64,000 nucleotides of DNA, from the NCBI GenBank assembly GCA_965195285.1, contig CBDAFS010000055.1, positions 61,728 through 125,727 on the forward strand, written 5' to 3'. Shown piece after piece: positions 28,492-39,324 of the stretch (the stretch's first letter is position 1; each line of letters begins with the position of its first letter). The stretch comes from an uncultured Aminicenantes bacterium (lineage in GTDB: Bacteria; Acidobacteriota; Aminicenantia; UBA2199). The position numbers and the translations under genes were made by a program. The notes beneath the pieces were generated by a model, which saw nothing but the letters and a program-made list of their open reading frames with translations, did not search any database and was not told the origin of the DNA.

Positions 28492-30855
28492 TCAAAAATC
28501 CTGGTGTTCGGTTCTTCGGATGATCTCATTCTGGAGTTCTGTACTTAAATCAATAAAATAGTCACTGTACCCGGCCACCCGGACAATCAGATGACGATAC
28601 TTATCGGGAAATTTCTGGGCCTCCCTCAGGGTTTGAGTATTAACCACATTAAACTGAATGTGGTGCCCGTCCATTCTGAAGTAACTTCGTATCAGGTGAG
28701 TGACCTTTACGATTCCGCTGTCATCGGACAGCAGCTGGGGAGTAAACTTCATGTTTAACAGGGTGCCGCCGGTGCGGATATGGTCAATTTTTCCAGCCGA
28801 TTTCATGACCGCTGTGGGCCCTTTCCGATCGACTCCCTGAACCGGTGAAACACCCTCTGAAAGTGGCTCTGCGGCATTTCTGCCATCCGGCAGAGCCCCG
28901 GTGACACTGCCAAAGTAAATATGGACAGTGGTGGGTAGCAGATTGATTCGGAAGGTTCCGTTTTTGGTATTGGGTCGACCATCAATAGATTGAAAATACA
29001 CCTCAAAAACATCCTTCATCACCCCATCGGCATAATCATTGTCATTGCCGTATTTTGGTGTTTCCTTCAGCAGGCTCTGCCGGAGTTTTTCATGACCGGA
29101 AAAATTATCGGCCAGGGCCTTCAGCATGTTTTTCATTGAGATCTTTTTTTGATCAAACACGTTGTATTTCAATGAAGCCAGGGCATCGGTAACCGTTCCC
29201 AATCCCACCCCCTGAATATAGGAACTGTTGTAACGGGCACCGCCGGCATTGTAGTCAATACCCCGGTCCATACAGTCATCGATCAGCAGTGACAAAAAGG
29301 GAACCGGCATGTATTTGGCATACAGGCGCTCAATGATATTGTTGCCCCTGATCTTTATATCCACGAAATATTTTACCTGCTTTTGAAAGGCCTTGAAAAA
29401 TTCCTGGTAATCGGGAAAGGATTCCGGATTCCCGGTCTCCAATCCCACCTGTTCCCCGGTTCGGGGATCAACCCCGTTGTTCAGGGTTAACTCCACCAGC
29501 TTGGGTAAATTGAAATACCCGGTTAAAATATAACATTCATGACCGAAGGCACCGGTCTCCACACAACCGCTGGATCCCCCGCTGCGGGCATCCTCAATGG
29601 ACTTGCCCTGCCTGACCAGTTCCTGGATTATGATATCGGTATTGAATATCGAGGGTTGCCCGAACCCGGTCTTGATGATGTCCAGCGCTTTCCGGATCAA
29701 TAAATCCGGATTTTTCTTGCTCACCTGGATCATGGAACCGGGCTGAAGGATCCTCATTTCGCCAATGACCTCCAGGATAAGATAGGTCAATTCATTGACC
29801 CCGTCGGAACCGTCCTTGGTCAATCCACCCAGGTTAATCAGGCAAAAATCCGTATATGTATTGCTCTCCTGAGCGGTCACCCCCACTTTGGGTGGGGCAG
29901 GATGATTGTTGAATTTTATCCAGAAGGCCTGCAGCAATTCCCTGGCCTGTTCCCGGGTCAGCACGCCTTGTTCAATATCTCTCCGGTAAAAGGGATACAG
30001 ATTCTGGTCCAGTCTTCCCGGATTAAAGGAATCCCAGGGATTCAACTCGGTAATAACCCCCAGGTGGGTAAACCAGTAGTACTGCAAAGCTTCCCAGAAA
30101 GTTCGGGGGGATTGGGCAGGAACCCGCTGACAGATTTCTACTATCTGGTTCAATTCCTTTTTCCGCTGCGGGTCCTTTTCTTTGAAAGCCAGGGGTTTCA
30201 AGGCCTGGGCATGACGGCCGGCAAAAATCATCAGGGCATCGGCTGCCACATCCATGGCCCTGAGTGTTTCTCGCTTATCCAGGGCCAGAGGATCATTTTC
30301 AATATCCAGCTGATCCAGGCTGAGAGCAATATCAGTTCTAAAATCAGCAAATCCGCTGCTGTAAATTTTATCGCCTAAAACGGTGTGGCCGGGGGCCCGC
30401 TGTTCCTGGAACTCGGTAAATACCCCGGACCGGTAGGCACTCATCCAGCTGGCTTCCATTTCACTGAAAATCTTCTCTCTCATGGAACGGCTCGACCAGA
30501 AGGGAATGATTACTTTTTCATATGCCCGGCGGGTTTCAGGATCAACCCCAAATGAAATTTTCTCCCTGGAATTCAGGATATCCAGATCCTTCAGGGTGTG
30601 AGTGCAAATTTCAGGGTAGGTGGAGGTGGCTTTAGGTCGGGGCCCCCTCTCGCCCACAATCAGTTCTCCGGGATTGATGCAGATCTCTTTATGCTCCAGA
30701 ATATATTTAAAAGCCAGAGCCCGTTGAACCGGAATGGAAAAATTTTCATCCTGCTGCTCTTTATAAAATTCGGTCAATAACAAGGCCCGCTCAATCGATA
30801 TACTGGGCCTGGCTTCCAGGCTCTGCTGCCTCAAAGACCGGATACGCTCGTTCAT
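28492..30855 (-). CDS. hypD: Glycyl radical enzyme, trans-4-hydroxy-L-proline dehydratase type
   Basis: EQRAPGHTV, WDSF, ESNTYTDF, SGCVETG, LPTT and RVAGYS match HypD active-site segments as recalled. Confidence 0.82.
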   Translation of the reverse strand: MNERIRSLRQQSLEARPSISIERALLLTEFYKEQQDENFSIPVQRALAFKYILEHKEICINPGELIVGERGPRPKATSTYPEICTHTLKDLDILNSREKISFGVDPETRRAYEKVIIPFWSSRSMREKIFSEMEASWMSAYRSGVFTEFQEQRAPGHTVLGDKIYSSGFADFRTDIALSLDQLDIENDPLALDKRETLRAMDVAADALMIFAGRHAQALKPLAFKEKDPQRKKELNQIVEICQRVPAQSPRTFWEALQYYWFTHLGVITELNPWDSFNPGRLDQNLYPFYRRDIEQGVLTREQARELLQAFWIKFNNHPAPPKVGVTAQESNTYTDFCLINLGGLTKDGSDGVNELTYLILEVIGEMRILQPGSMIQVSKKNPDLLIRKALDIIKTGFGQPSIFNTDIIIQELVRQGKSIEDARSGGSSGCVETGAFGHECYILTGYFNLPKLVELTLNNGVDPRTGEQVGLETGNPESFPDYQEFFKAFQKQVKYFVDIKIRGNNIIERLYAKYMPVPFLSLLIDDCMDRGIDYNAGGARYNSSYIQGVGLGTVTDALASLKYNVFDQKKISMKNMLKALADNFSGHEKLRQSLLKETPKYGNDNDYADGVMKDVFEVYFQSIDGRPNTKNGTFRINLLPTTVHIYFGSVTGALPDGRNAAEPLSEGVSPVQGVDRKGPTAVMKSAGKIDHIRTGGTLLNMKFTPQLLSDDSGIVKVTHLIRSYFRMDGHHIQFNVVNTQTLREAQKFPDKYRHLIVRVAGYSDYFIDLSTELQNEIIRRTEHQDF

Positions 30856-30856
30856 A

Positions 30857-31741
30857 TTATCCTCCTATCCTGACTGTGAATCCCCGGAATTCAAGGTTTT
30901 TCCGGATTGACTCTAATATTTTCCTATCGGAATCAGAACTGCCGAGTGAAAATTCCTTTTCCGAAGAGGAAAGTCGATTTTTTATGCGGTTGGGGATTTT
31001 TAACCGGCAATATTTACGTTCGGCAAAACGATGAAAGGGCAGGAGATCTATGATATTCACATTCTCCAGGTCTGAAAGAAATGCGGATATTTCTTCTACA
31101 TTGGCTTCGCTACTGTTGATTCCCGGAATGACCGGAAAACGGACGATCACCGGTCTGGCCAGGCGGTCTACAGTTTTCAAATTGTCCAGGATCAATTGAT
31201 TGTCGACTCCGGTATATTTCCGGTGAAGGACCGGATCAATAAATTTCAGATCGTACAAAAAAAGGTCAACCCGTTGACAAACCGATTTAAAAACAGCTTC
31301 CGGTGCATAACCGCAGGTATCCAGCGCGGTATGGATCGCCCGTGACCGGCATTGATCAAGAAGCGCTGACAGAAATTCGGGCTGCATCAGCGGCTCGCCC
31401 CCGGAAAAGGTTACCCCTCCTCCGGATTCATCAAAAAACAACACGTCCCGGTAAATTTCATCCATAATCTGGTTAACGGTTTTGACTTCCCCGATCAGAT
31501 CAAATCCGCTGTCAGCATTTTCTGCGTCCTTTGCCACTCTCTGAACCTCAGGGGTAATTCCCTCCGGGTTATGACACCACCAGCAATTGAGCGGACAACC
31601 CTTGAAAAAAACCGTAAGTCGGATCCCGGGACCATCATGAATGGCATAATGTTTGATATCAAAAACCAGGCCGGAAGGAGATGACGGATGTCTGGACTGG
31701 GTTCCGGTATCTCCGGAAACATTATGGCTTGCCCTGCTCAT
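30857..31741 (-). CDS. Glycyl-radical enzyme activating protein (radical SAM)
   Basis: HDGPGIR, CPLNCWWCHNPE and SGGEPL; no ferredoxin insert; adjacent to the GRE. Confidence 0.92.
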   Translation of the reverse strand: MSRASHNVSGDTGTQSRHPSSPSGLVFDIKHYAIHDGPGIRLTVFFKGCPLNCWWCHNPEGITPEVQRVAKDAENADSGFDLIGEVKTVNQIMDEIYRDVLFFDESGGGVTFSGGEPLMQPEFLSALLDQCRSRAIHTALDTCGYAPEAVFKSVCQRVDLFLYDLKFIDPVLHRKYTGVDNQLILDNLKTVDRLARPVIVRFPVIPGINSSEANVEEISAFLSDLENVNIIDLLPFHRFAERKYCRLKIPNRIKNRLSSSEKEFSLGSSDSDRKILESIRKNLEFRGFTVRIGG

Positions 31742-31915
31742 TTGGCTTCCACTGCAGGGGATGTTTTTCTTTTCCTGCAGATAATATTATAAGCCATTAC
31801 CCGTATTTTTCAAAACAATTGTCGAATTGATTTCTTCTGCGATTTTGGTTTTCAGGTTTTTTTTGGGATTTTTATCGCAGTTATTTGCAAAACCTGCTAC
31901 AATTGGAGAGAGCAA

Positions 31916-32893
31916 ATGAGAAATAAAACCCGTTTCAAAATGTTGCTTTTTCTTTTGATCGGCCTGTTGATATTCGATATCATCGGCTATATCATCATCG
32001 AGCAGGTGGGAGTGCTGGATGCGCTATACATGACCATTATCAGTATTACCACGGTGGGATTTAATGAAGTCTTTCCCCTCAGCCTCCCAGGCAGAATTTT
32101 CACCATGGTGGTGATTGTGACCGGAATCGGATTTTTTTTCTATATCGCCATGTCAGTTGCCGAAAACACTATCGAGGAGAGAGTCAGAAAAATTTTAGGG
32201 AGAAGAAAGATGAGGACTTTGGCAAAAATGAAAGATCACATGATCATTGCCGGTTTCGGCCGGATGGGAAAACTGGTTGCCTGCGACCTCCAGTCAAAGA
32301 ACATCAAATTTGTCATCATTGAAAATAATCCGGAACGATTTGCCATGGCGGATGAACTGGGATATCACGTTCTCCTGGCTGATGCCACTTCGGAAGAGAC
32401 CCTTGAACTGACCGGTATAAAGAATGCAAAAACATACATTGCCCTGCTGAGTTCGGATGCCCGGAACCTGTTCACGGTTCTGACCGCCAAGGAATTGAAT
32501 CCCTCACTCTTTATCATTGCCCGGTGTTTTGAACCCCAGAACGAGAAAAAACTGACCAAATCAGGGGCCCACCGGGTGGTAACCCCCCATCAATTATCTT
32601 CCCGCCGAATTGTCAATACCGTACTGAAACCCAATGTGGTCAACCTGATTGACCTGGTTTCCCAGTCACAGGACCTGTCCCTTTCACTGGAAGAAATCAC
32701 CATTGGAGCGGAATCCGAATTCATTGGCAAGACCATCCGGAATTCCGGGATTAAGGAGCGGTTCAATGCCATGGTGGTAGCGGTCAAGCGGGCTGAAAAA
32801 CTGTTTTTCAATCCGGAAGCCAATCTGGTGCTGGCCCCCTATGATATCCTGATCCTGATCGGAGAGAAGGAAAAAATAACCCGCATCTCCTGA
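31916..32893 (+). CDS. Potassium channel protein (pore + TrkA-N/C)
   Basis: TTVGF selectivity filter; GFGRMG RCK domain. Confidence 0.9.
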   Translation: MRNKTRFKMLLFLLIGLLIFDIIGYIIIEQVGVLDALYMTIISITTVGFNEVFPLSLPGRIFTMVVIVTGIGFFFYIAMSVAENTIEERVRKILGRRKMRTLAKMKDHMIIAGFGRMGKLVACDLQSKNIKFVIIENNPERFAMADELGYHVLLADATSEETLELTGIKNAKTYIALLSSDARNLFTVLTAKELNPSLFIIARCFEPQNEKKLTKSGAHRVVTPHQLSSRRIVNTVLKPNVVNLIDLVSQSQDLSLSLEEITIGAESEFIGKTIRNSGIKERFNAMVVAVKRAEKLFFNPEANLVLAPYDILILIGEKEKITRIS

Positions 32894-32901
32894 TTACCCT
32901 G

Positions 32902-33762
32902 ATGGCCATTTCAAAGCGATTTTCATCTCTTATATCCAGAACTCTGCCCGATCCCCTGCACCGGAAAGTCCTGGATATCGAACAATTCATTGCAGACAGA
33001 AGGATTCAAGCCATACCGAAGACAGCGGTATTTGACCTGGACGACACCCTGCTGGAGGGTGATATCGGGGATACGGTCTTTGCCCAATTGAAGCGGGATG
33101 AATCCAAACGTTATTTAACCGTTCAGCAGAAATCCCTGCCCCTGGGCTGGAGAGAATATCGAAATTTGATTAAAACCGGGAAAAAGCAGGAAGCCTATCT
33201 GAGGGTGGTCACCTGCATGGCCGGAGTCCCATTGGATGTTCTCAGTGAAACCACCCGAAAAATCCTTTGCTCACCCCACCGCTATATCAAAATCGAGGGA
33301 GAGACCGTACCCATCCCCCGGATCAACCCGACCATGTTTGGATTTCTCCAGCTTCTCCGAAAACTGAAATACCGGATCATGGTCATTTCCGCCAGCAATC
33401 ACTTTTCGGTCCGGGTGGTGGCCGGAGAACTCCTTCAGCTACCCAGATCCCAGGCCTTTGGTATCCGGTCCTTGCTGAAATATATCAAGCCGGAACCGAG
33501 CCAAAAAAGAATCGCCGTCCTGAGCGGAATTCTTCAGAAACCCATACCCTGGGCCCAAGGCAAGGCCGAGGTCTATACCCGGCATGCCGGCCAGGTCCCC
33601 CCCCTGATCACCGGAGGTGACAGTGAAACCGATTTTTTTTTACTCAACCTCACCCACCCCCTGGGACTGGCCATCTGGGCGGGAAAGGACCAAAAACGGA
33701 TCAAATCAATGCAAAAAAAACTCGATCATCCCCGTAACCTGTATTCTTTATACACGGAATAG
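32902..33762 (+). CDS. HAD-superfamily hydrolase (SerB-like)
   Basis: FDLDDT, ISAS, GK and GDSETD motifs. Confidence 0.8.
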   Translation: MAISKRFSSLISRTLPDPLHRKVLDIEQFIADRRIQAIPKTAVFDLDDTLLEGDIGDTVFAQLKRDESKRYLTVQQKSLPLGWREYRNLIKTGKKQEAYLRVVTCMAGVPLDVLSETTRKILCSPHRYIKIEGETVPIPRINPTMFGFLQLLRKLKYRIMVISASNHFSVRVVAGELLQLPRSQAFGIRSLLKYIKPEPSQKRIAVLSGILQKPIPWAQGKAEVYTRHAGQVPPLITGGDSETDFFLLNLTHPLGLAIWAGKDQKRIKSMQKKLDHPRNLYSLYTE

Positions 33763-33798
33763 AGAAATTTGATGCCACCTGCTCGGCTGGAACTGAAA

Positions 33799-36700
33799 TC
33801 ACGCTGTTTTTTCAACCACCTTCTTCTTTACCGTAAACATCCGGTACAGTACCGGCACCACAATCAGGGTCAGAACCGTTGAGGTCAGTAAACCGCCGAT
33901 AATGGTCCAGCCCATGGGGGCCCAGAGGGTTCCCCCCCGAAGGGTCAGCGGTAACAAGCCTCCGATAGTGGTAGCAGTGGTTAATATAATGGGGATAAAC
34001 CGGGTCTCGGCCGCTTCCTGGATGGCAGTTATCAGGTCTTTTCCTTCTGCCCTCAACTGGTTGCCGTAATCCACTAAAATAATGGAATTATTGACCACGA
34101 TACCCACCAGGCTAATCAAGCCGATAAAGGCGGTAAAAGAAAAGGTATTGCCGGTTGCTAACAGAGCCAGGACGGAGCCGATAATGGCCAGGGGCAGGGC
34201 TGAAAAAACAATCAATGGCTGGGTAAAGGATTTGAACTGCAGGACCAGCACCGCAAAAATGGCGATAATGGCAATGATAATGGCCTTACTCATCCCGCCG
34301 AAAGACTGCTCCTGGCTTTCCTGTTCACCGCCCACATGATAATTATAGCCGTCCGGCCACTGGTAACGGTTGAGCCGGGAAATAATCTGGCCCGTCAGGC
34401 GGTTCACCGAAAATCCTGGCAGCACATCGGCAGTCAGAGTCGCGCTCCGCTCCAGGTTGAAATGGCTGATTTTGGCAGGACTTGATTTTAATTCCAGGCT
34501 GGCGATTTGCCTCAGGGGAATATGGACCCCGCTGGCCGAGCTCAAATAAATCCGGTCAAAAATATTCAGATCAGGCCTCTGGCCGGAGGATAGCCGTAGA
34601 ACAATATTATACTCTTTTCCCTCCTTATCCCGGTATTTGGAGACGGTCATGCCAGCCACGCTGAGCCTGACGGTCCGGTCAATTTCGACCAGCGGAATAC
34701 CCAGCATACCGGCTTTGTCACGGTTGATCTTCAACTGTATATCGGTCTTTGAGGTCAGCAAGGGGTTGTTGATATTCACCAGGCCCTCAATCGATTCAAA
34801 AATGGACTGGATATCAGCAGCGATTTTTTTCAATACCTCCACTTTTCTTCCTAATACCTTGATCTCCACCGGCGCCTGTACAGGAGGGCCCTGTTCCAGT
34901 TCCTTGATTTCAATTTTTGCCCCTGGAAATGTTTTGAATTTTTCTCTGAACCGTTCGATCAAATTTGACATCTCCCGCAGTCCTGTATCCTTTTTCAGTT
35001 GGACAAAAATATGGGAAATGGTGCTCTTTCCCTGCCTATCCATGATATTGTAATAAATCTGGGGATTGGTCCGGCCCACACTGGTGGTGTAATCCTGAAC
35101 CGGTTCGAGTGATTCCAGATAAGACTCAACTTGCCTGGCCACCCGGTCGGTCCGGTCAATGGCCGTGCCTTCGGGAGTGGAAATATCAATAAAAAATTGG
35201 TTCTTCTCCGCCTTGGGAAAGAAGCTGATCCCAATCAGGGGAAACAGGGACAGGCTCGCCACAAATATCGCCAGGGCCAGACCGATAATGATTTTAGGCC
35301 GGGACAGGCATAACCGCAGCCATTTACGGTATTTGTTCTCGATAAAGCGGGCAATGATCTGCTGAAACCGGGTTTTCCTTTGACCATTTTTCAGCAACCG
35401 GATGGAGATAAAGGGGGTGAAAGTCAGGGCAATGAACAGGGATGCCAGCAGGGTGTAGATGACTGTCACCGGCATACTGCGGATAAATTCACCCGACACA
35501 TTCCGCATCATGATGAGGGGAATAAAGGCCAGGACCGTAGTGGCGGTTGCCGAAACAATGGCCCAGCCAATCTGGCGGCTGCCCTTTATGGCAGCCAGCC
35601 GGTTGTTCTCCCCAAGCTGAATAAATCGGGATATGTTCTCGGTCATGACGATGGCATTATCAACCAGGAGTCCCAGAGTAATGATCAGGCCTGCAATGGT
35701 CATCTGTTGAATTCCATAACCGCTGATATCCACAAATCCGATGGCAATAAATAAGGAAAAGGGGATGGCCAGCATGACAATAAAAGACCCACGGAGACCA
35801 ATGGTAATCAATATCACCACCCCCACCAGCAGGATTCCCTGCAGGAGGTTGGAAAAGAATCCATTCAGCCGGGCCTCCACACTTCCGGACTGGTCATATA
35901 CATAGTAAAGTGACAGGGAAGGTGGCAGATGGGCTTCAAAATCAGCCACCATGGTTTTTACTCGTCCAATGATATCAAAAATATTGGTGTCCTTTTTTTG
36001 ATTGGCAGTTACAAATACCGCCTTCTGTCCATTGAAGCGGGCAAAATAATGAATATCTTCATAACCCAGGTAAACATCGGCCACTTCTTTTAAAAACACA
36101 ATTTTGGTTCCGCTGCTATGAATGACAATATTCCGGATTTCATCAACAGAACCGAAAGAACCACTGGTCTGGATGTTGAACCGCTTGGATCCGGAATCAA
36201 TATTACCACCCGGGATGTTTATATTGGCGCTCTGGATGGAACCAATGATCCGGTTCAGTGGAATTTTTAACTGAGCGATTTTTTCCAGATTCAGAGCGAT
36301 GCGGACCTCCTGTTTCGGGTAGGCCCACATCTTTACCCGCCTGACCCCGCTGATCTTTTCCAGTTGTTTTTTCAGGTTTTCGGCCTGATATTCCATCTGG
36401 CGGTAATCCGTATCATCAGATACCAGAGCCAGTTGAAGAAAATTGGTATCCTCAATGGTCCATTTAACCGTCTGCAGGCTGAGCAGGTCATCCGGTAATT
36501 TATCCCGGATGCTGTTGACTTTTTCATTGACATCGGCAAATTTATCATCAGGATCCCCGCCGAAAAAGAACTCCACACGAATCACGGCCAGGCCGTCCTC
36601 ACAATTGCTTTCAATTTTCTTGATATCCTCCAGCTCATTGACCGCCTCTTCCAGAGGTGTGATCACCAGCTGTTCCATATCGGCCGGAGTGGCCCCCGGA

Positions 36701-36852
36701 TAAAGTACAATGATGCTTGAACCGGGTTTGGATACCGGAGGATCCTCGGTTCGGGGCATGGTCATGAAAGAGACCAGACCGGCCAGTACCAGCAACACCA
36801 CCAGGGTCAGGGTAAACTGGAAATTGTCGATTGCAATTTTAGGTAATTTCAT
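33799..36852 (-). CDS. RND efflux permease (AcrB family)
   Basis: GLLVDNAIV, GIVVNNSIILVD and RFIPIILT; 1017 aa. Confidence 0.95.
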   Translation of the reverse strand: MKLPKIAIDNFQFTLTLVVLLVLAGLVSFMTMPRTEDPPVSKPGSSIIVLYPGATPADMEQLVITPLEEAVNELEDIKKIESNCEDGLAVIRVEFFFGGDPDDKFADVNEKVNSIRDKLPDDLLSLQTVKWTIEDTNFLQLALVSDDTDYRQMEYQAENLKKQLEKISGVRRVKMWAYPKQEVRIALNLEKIAQLKIPLNRIIGSIQSANINIPGGNIDSGSKRFNIQTSGSFGSVDEIRNIVIHSSGTKIVFLKEVADVYLGYEDIHYFARFNGQKAVFVTANQKKDTNIFDIIGRVKTMVADFEAHLPPSLSLYYVYDQSGSVEARLNGFFSNLLQGILLVGVVILITIGLRGSFIVMLAIPFSLFIAIGFVDISGYGIQQMTIAGLIITLGLLVDNAIVMTENISRFIQLGENNRLAAIKGSRQIGWAIVSATATTVLAFIPLIMMRNVSGEFIRSMPVTVIYTLLASLFIALTFTPFISIRLLKNGQRKTRFQQIIARFIENKYRKWLRLCLSRPKIIIGLALAIFVASLSLFPLIGISFFPKAEKNQFFIDISTPEGTAIDRTDRVARQVESYLESLEPVQDYTTSVGRTNPQIYYNIMDRQGKSTISHIFVQLKKDTGLREMSNLIERFREKFKTFPGAKIEIKELEQGPPVQAPVEIKVLGRKVEVLKKIAADIQSIFESIEGLVNINNPLLTSKTDIQLKINRDKAGMLGIPLVEIDRTVRLSVAGMTVSKYRDKEGKEYNIVLRLSSGQRPDLNIFDRIYLSSASGVHIPLRQIASLELKSSPAKISHFNLERSATLTADVLPGFSVNRLTGQIISRLNRYQWPDGYNYHVGGEQESQEQSFGGMSKAIIIAIIAIFAVLVLQFKSFTQPLIVFSALPLAIIGSVLALLATGNTFSFTAFIGLISLVGIVVNNSIILVDYGNQLRAEGKDLITAIQEAAETRFIPIILTTATTIGGLLPLTLRGGTLWAPMGWTIIGGLLTSTVLTLIVVPVLYRMFTVKKKVVEKTA

Positions 36853-36867
36853 TTTAACCTCGCTCTG

Positions 36868-37908
36868 TCAATCGACAATTTTAATGGCCATCCCATCAGT
36901 CAAATAGGCGGCGCCATCGGTAATAACCCTGCCCAGGCTCTCGGAGCCCGGATCCACAGCCACTTTATCCCGGAACAAATGCACAATCCGAATTTTTATT
37001 TTCCGGGCCCGGTTCTTCAGGGGGATGAAAACATAAGCCGTGCTTCCCTCACTGTCCACCAGGGCATCGACCGGAATCAGGGTGTAGCGATTCTTCTTTT
37101 CCGGTACTACATCCACCTGGGCCACAAAACCGGACATCAGCGTTAAGCCTTTATCCCGGATACCCAGTTCCACTTCTATGGTACCGCTGGCCGGGTCAAC
37201 CGCCTGAGAAATTTCAGTGATCCGGGCTGAAAAAATCTCGGCCGGATAGGCATCAAATCTCACGCGGGCCGGATCATTCATTTCGATCAGCACCGCATCC
37301 CGGGCCGAGACGCCCGCCTTCACCACCCACTGATTTTCGGTGGACCCGAATATAAAAACCGGATAACCGGAACTGATCACCTCATTGACTTCGACCAGTC
37401 GTTTCAGTATTTTACCCCGGAAGGGAGCTCTGATCACGGAGTGGTCCAGGTTAAACCGGGCAATCTCCATATTAGACCGGGCAATTTCACAGGCGGTTTC
37501 GGCATTCTGGTGTTGTTCCAGTGTTGCCGCCCGGTCCCGGTAGAGATTTGTTACCCGTTCCAGATCCCGTTTGGTTTTCAGGAATCCATTCCGGGCATTG
37601 TTAAATCCGGCCCTTATTTCAGCCAGGTTCAGGCTGGCCAGGACCTGTCCCTTTATTACCGAATCCCCTTCATCAGCAGAAATCTTTTCAATGATACCAC
37701 CGGTCTTGAAACTCAGCTTGATCTGGGTTTTGGGTACCAGCCGGCCGCTGGTACGAATGGGAATTGATATTTCCTTCACCACCGCTTCTTCAATTTTCAC
37801 CGGGATGACCACCGGCTGGTTCTGACCGTTATTTTTAGGCTGGCATCCAAACAACATGAAAACCAGAATAATCAATGCCAACCATAGGAAAAAACCTGTT
37901 TTTTTCAT
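36868..37908 (-). CDS. RND periplasmic adaptor (MFP)
   Basis: Lipobox LFGC; EGDSVIKGQVLA and IRAPFRG lipoyl-hairpin motifs. Confidence 0.92.
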   Translation of the reverse strand: MKKTGFFLWLALIILVFMLFGCQPKNNGQNQPVVIPVKIEEAVVKEISIPIRTSGRLVPKTQIKLSFKTGGIIEKISADEGDSVIKGQVLASLNLAEIRAGFNNARNGFLKTKRDLERVTNLYRDRAATLEQHQNAETACEIARSNMEIARFNLDHSVIRAPFRGKILKRLVEVNEVISSGYPVFIFGSTENQWVVKAGVSARDAVLIEMNDPARVRFDAYPAEIFSARITEISQAVDPASGTIEVELGIRDKGLTLMSGFVAQVDVVPEKKNRYTLIPVDALVDSEGSTAYVFIPLKNRARKIKIRIVHLFRDKVAVDPGSESLGRVITDGAAYLTDGMAIKIVD

Positions 37909-39308
37909 CTCTCTGTCTCCTTATTTGTCAATGGGAAGGAAGCCGAGGCATGTTCCAGCCGGGCCTCCATAATATAACAATCAAATACGGCAATGATGCG
38001 ATTGATACCGGCCCGGGTATATTCATTCCGGGCCTGGATATGCTCAATCTGAGGAACCATTCCCTGTTCATATTTTTTAGCCACGATATGAAAGGCTTCC
38101 CGGCGGCTATGCAGAAGGTCCTGTGCGGAACGGATGGTTTCCCGGGCCACCTCCAGGTTGTGATAGGCCTCCCGGACCTGCATTCTGACTTGCTGCTCCA
38201 GCTCCAGCTGCCGGGCGTGAAGCTTTTTCTTTTCCACCCGGGCCTGAAACTTTTTTTCCGAATCCTTAAAACCGTTGAACAGGTTCCAGCTGAGAACCAG
38301 CGAGGCCATCCAGAAATCATCCTCTCCACCGAAACGATACTGCTCCCCCTGGAAACCGTAATCCAGTACAACGGTCACCGCTGGTAAAAACTGTGCCCCC
38401 TGAAGCCGGATATTGTGTTGGGCAGCCTCGATGGAGGCCTGAACCTGGGCAAACTCGGCCCGGTGATCCAGGGCACGGGCTTCCAGTCGATCAAGATCCG
38501 GGATATTACTTAACAGCGGATCGGCATCCACTGACCCGCTGATCTTTTCATCCAGGGAACGGTTGAGCAAAAAGTTAAAATAAGCGGTTGACAGGTTGAT
38601 GTTCTTTTTCGCTTCGGCCAGATTGCGGTCCAGTTTACTGAGTTCGGCCCGGGACCGAAAAACAATCTCTTCGGTGACCTTATGGTTTTTAAACAGGCTT
38701 TTACTGACCCTGAGGTTTTCCTCCAGCAGTACCCGGGTGTTAGCCAGGAGGCCTCTGATTTTCAGGGTTTTCAAATGAGTAAAATAGGCAGTCTTGATAT
38801 CCCCAACCAGTTGGCTTCTGAAGGCATCCACCCGGGCTCCTTGAATCCTGCTGATCCGGGATTTAATTTTGACATAATGATAGATCCGGGGTTGAAAAAT
38901 CGGCTGAACCAACCGTATTTTGGTTTCGTGCTCCCGGGGACGCAGGAATGGAATCATCTCATCCTCAATATCGGTGGGAAATGGCGCAGGCTGGTTATGA
39001 ATACCCAGTAATTGATTTAAGGTTTCATAAACAGGATTCATCAGCTCACCAACGGGAAATTCAATAATTCTACCTCCCCCGGCCAGTGAATAGCGGGCTT
39101 CCAGGGAAATTTTAGGCAGGAACATTCCCCTGGCCTCTTTCAAGGCCGAGAGGCTCTGATCCAGGGAAAAGTTTTCCTGCTTCAACACCAGATTGTCCCT
39201 GAGTCCCATTTTAATGTATTTTTGCAAAATCGCGGTTTCAGCCGGTATTGCTCGAACCATAACCGGCAGTAAAACCAGCCCCATAACCATAAACAGGAAT
39301 AATTTCAT
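37905..39308 (-). CDS. TolC family outer membrane protein
   Basis: Signal peptide, two OEP-like repeats (LP...; YEQG), operon position. Confidence 0.9.
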   Translation of the reverse strand: MKLFLFMVMGLVLLPVMVRAIPAETAILQKYIKMGLRDNLVLKQENFSLDQSLSALKEARGMFLPKISLEARYSLAGGGRIIEFPVGELMNPVYETLNQLLGIHNQPAPFPTDIEDEMIPFLRPREHETKIRLVQPIFQPRIYHYVKIKSRISRIQGARVDAFRSQLVGDIKTAYFTHLKTLKIRGLLANTRVLLEENLRVSKSLFKNHKVTEEIVFRSRAELSKLDRNLAEAKKNINLSTAYFNFLLNRSLDEKISGSVDADPLLSNIPDLDRLEARALDHRAEFAQVQASIEAAQHNIRLQGAQFLPAVTVVLDYGFQGEQYRFGGEDDFWMASLVLSWNLFNGFKDSEKKFQARVEKKKLHARQLELEQQVRMQVREAYHNLEVARETIRSAQDLLHSRREAFHIVAKKYEQGMVPQIEHIQARNEYTRAGINRIIAVFDCYIMEARLEHASASFPLTNKETER

Positions 39309-39324
39309 GATGACCTCCTGCTGA

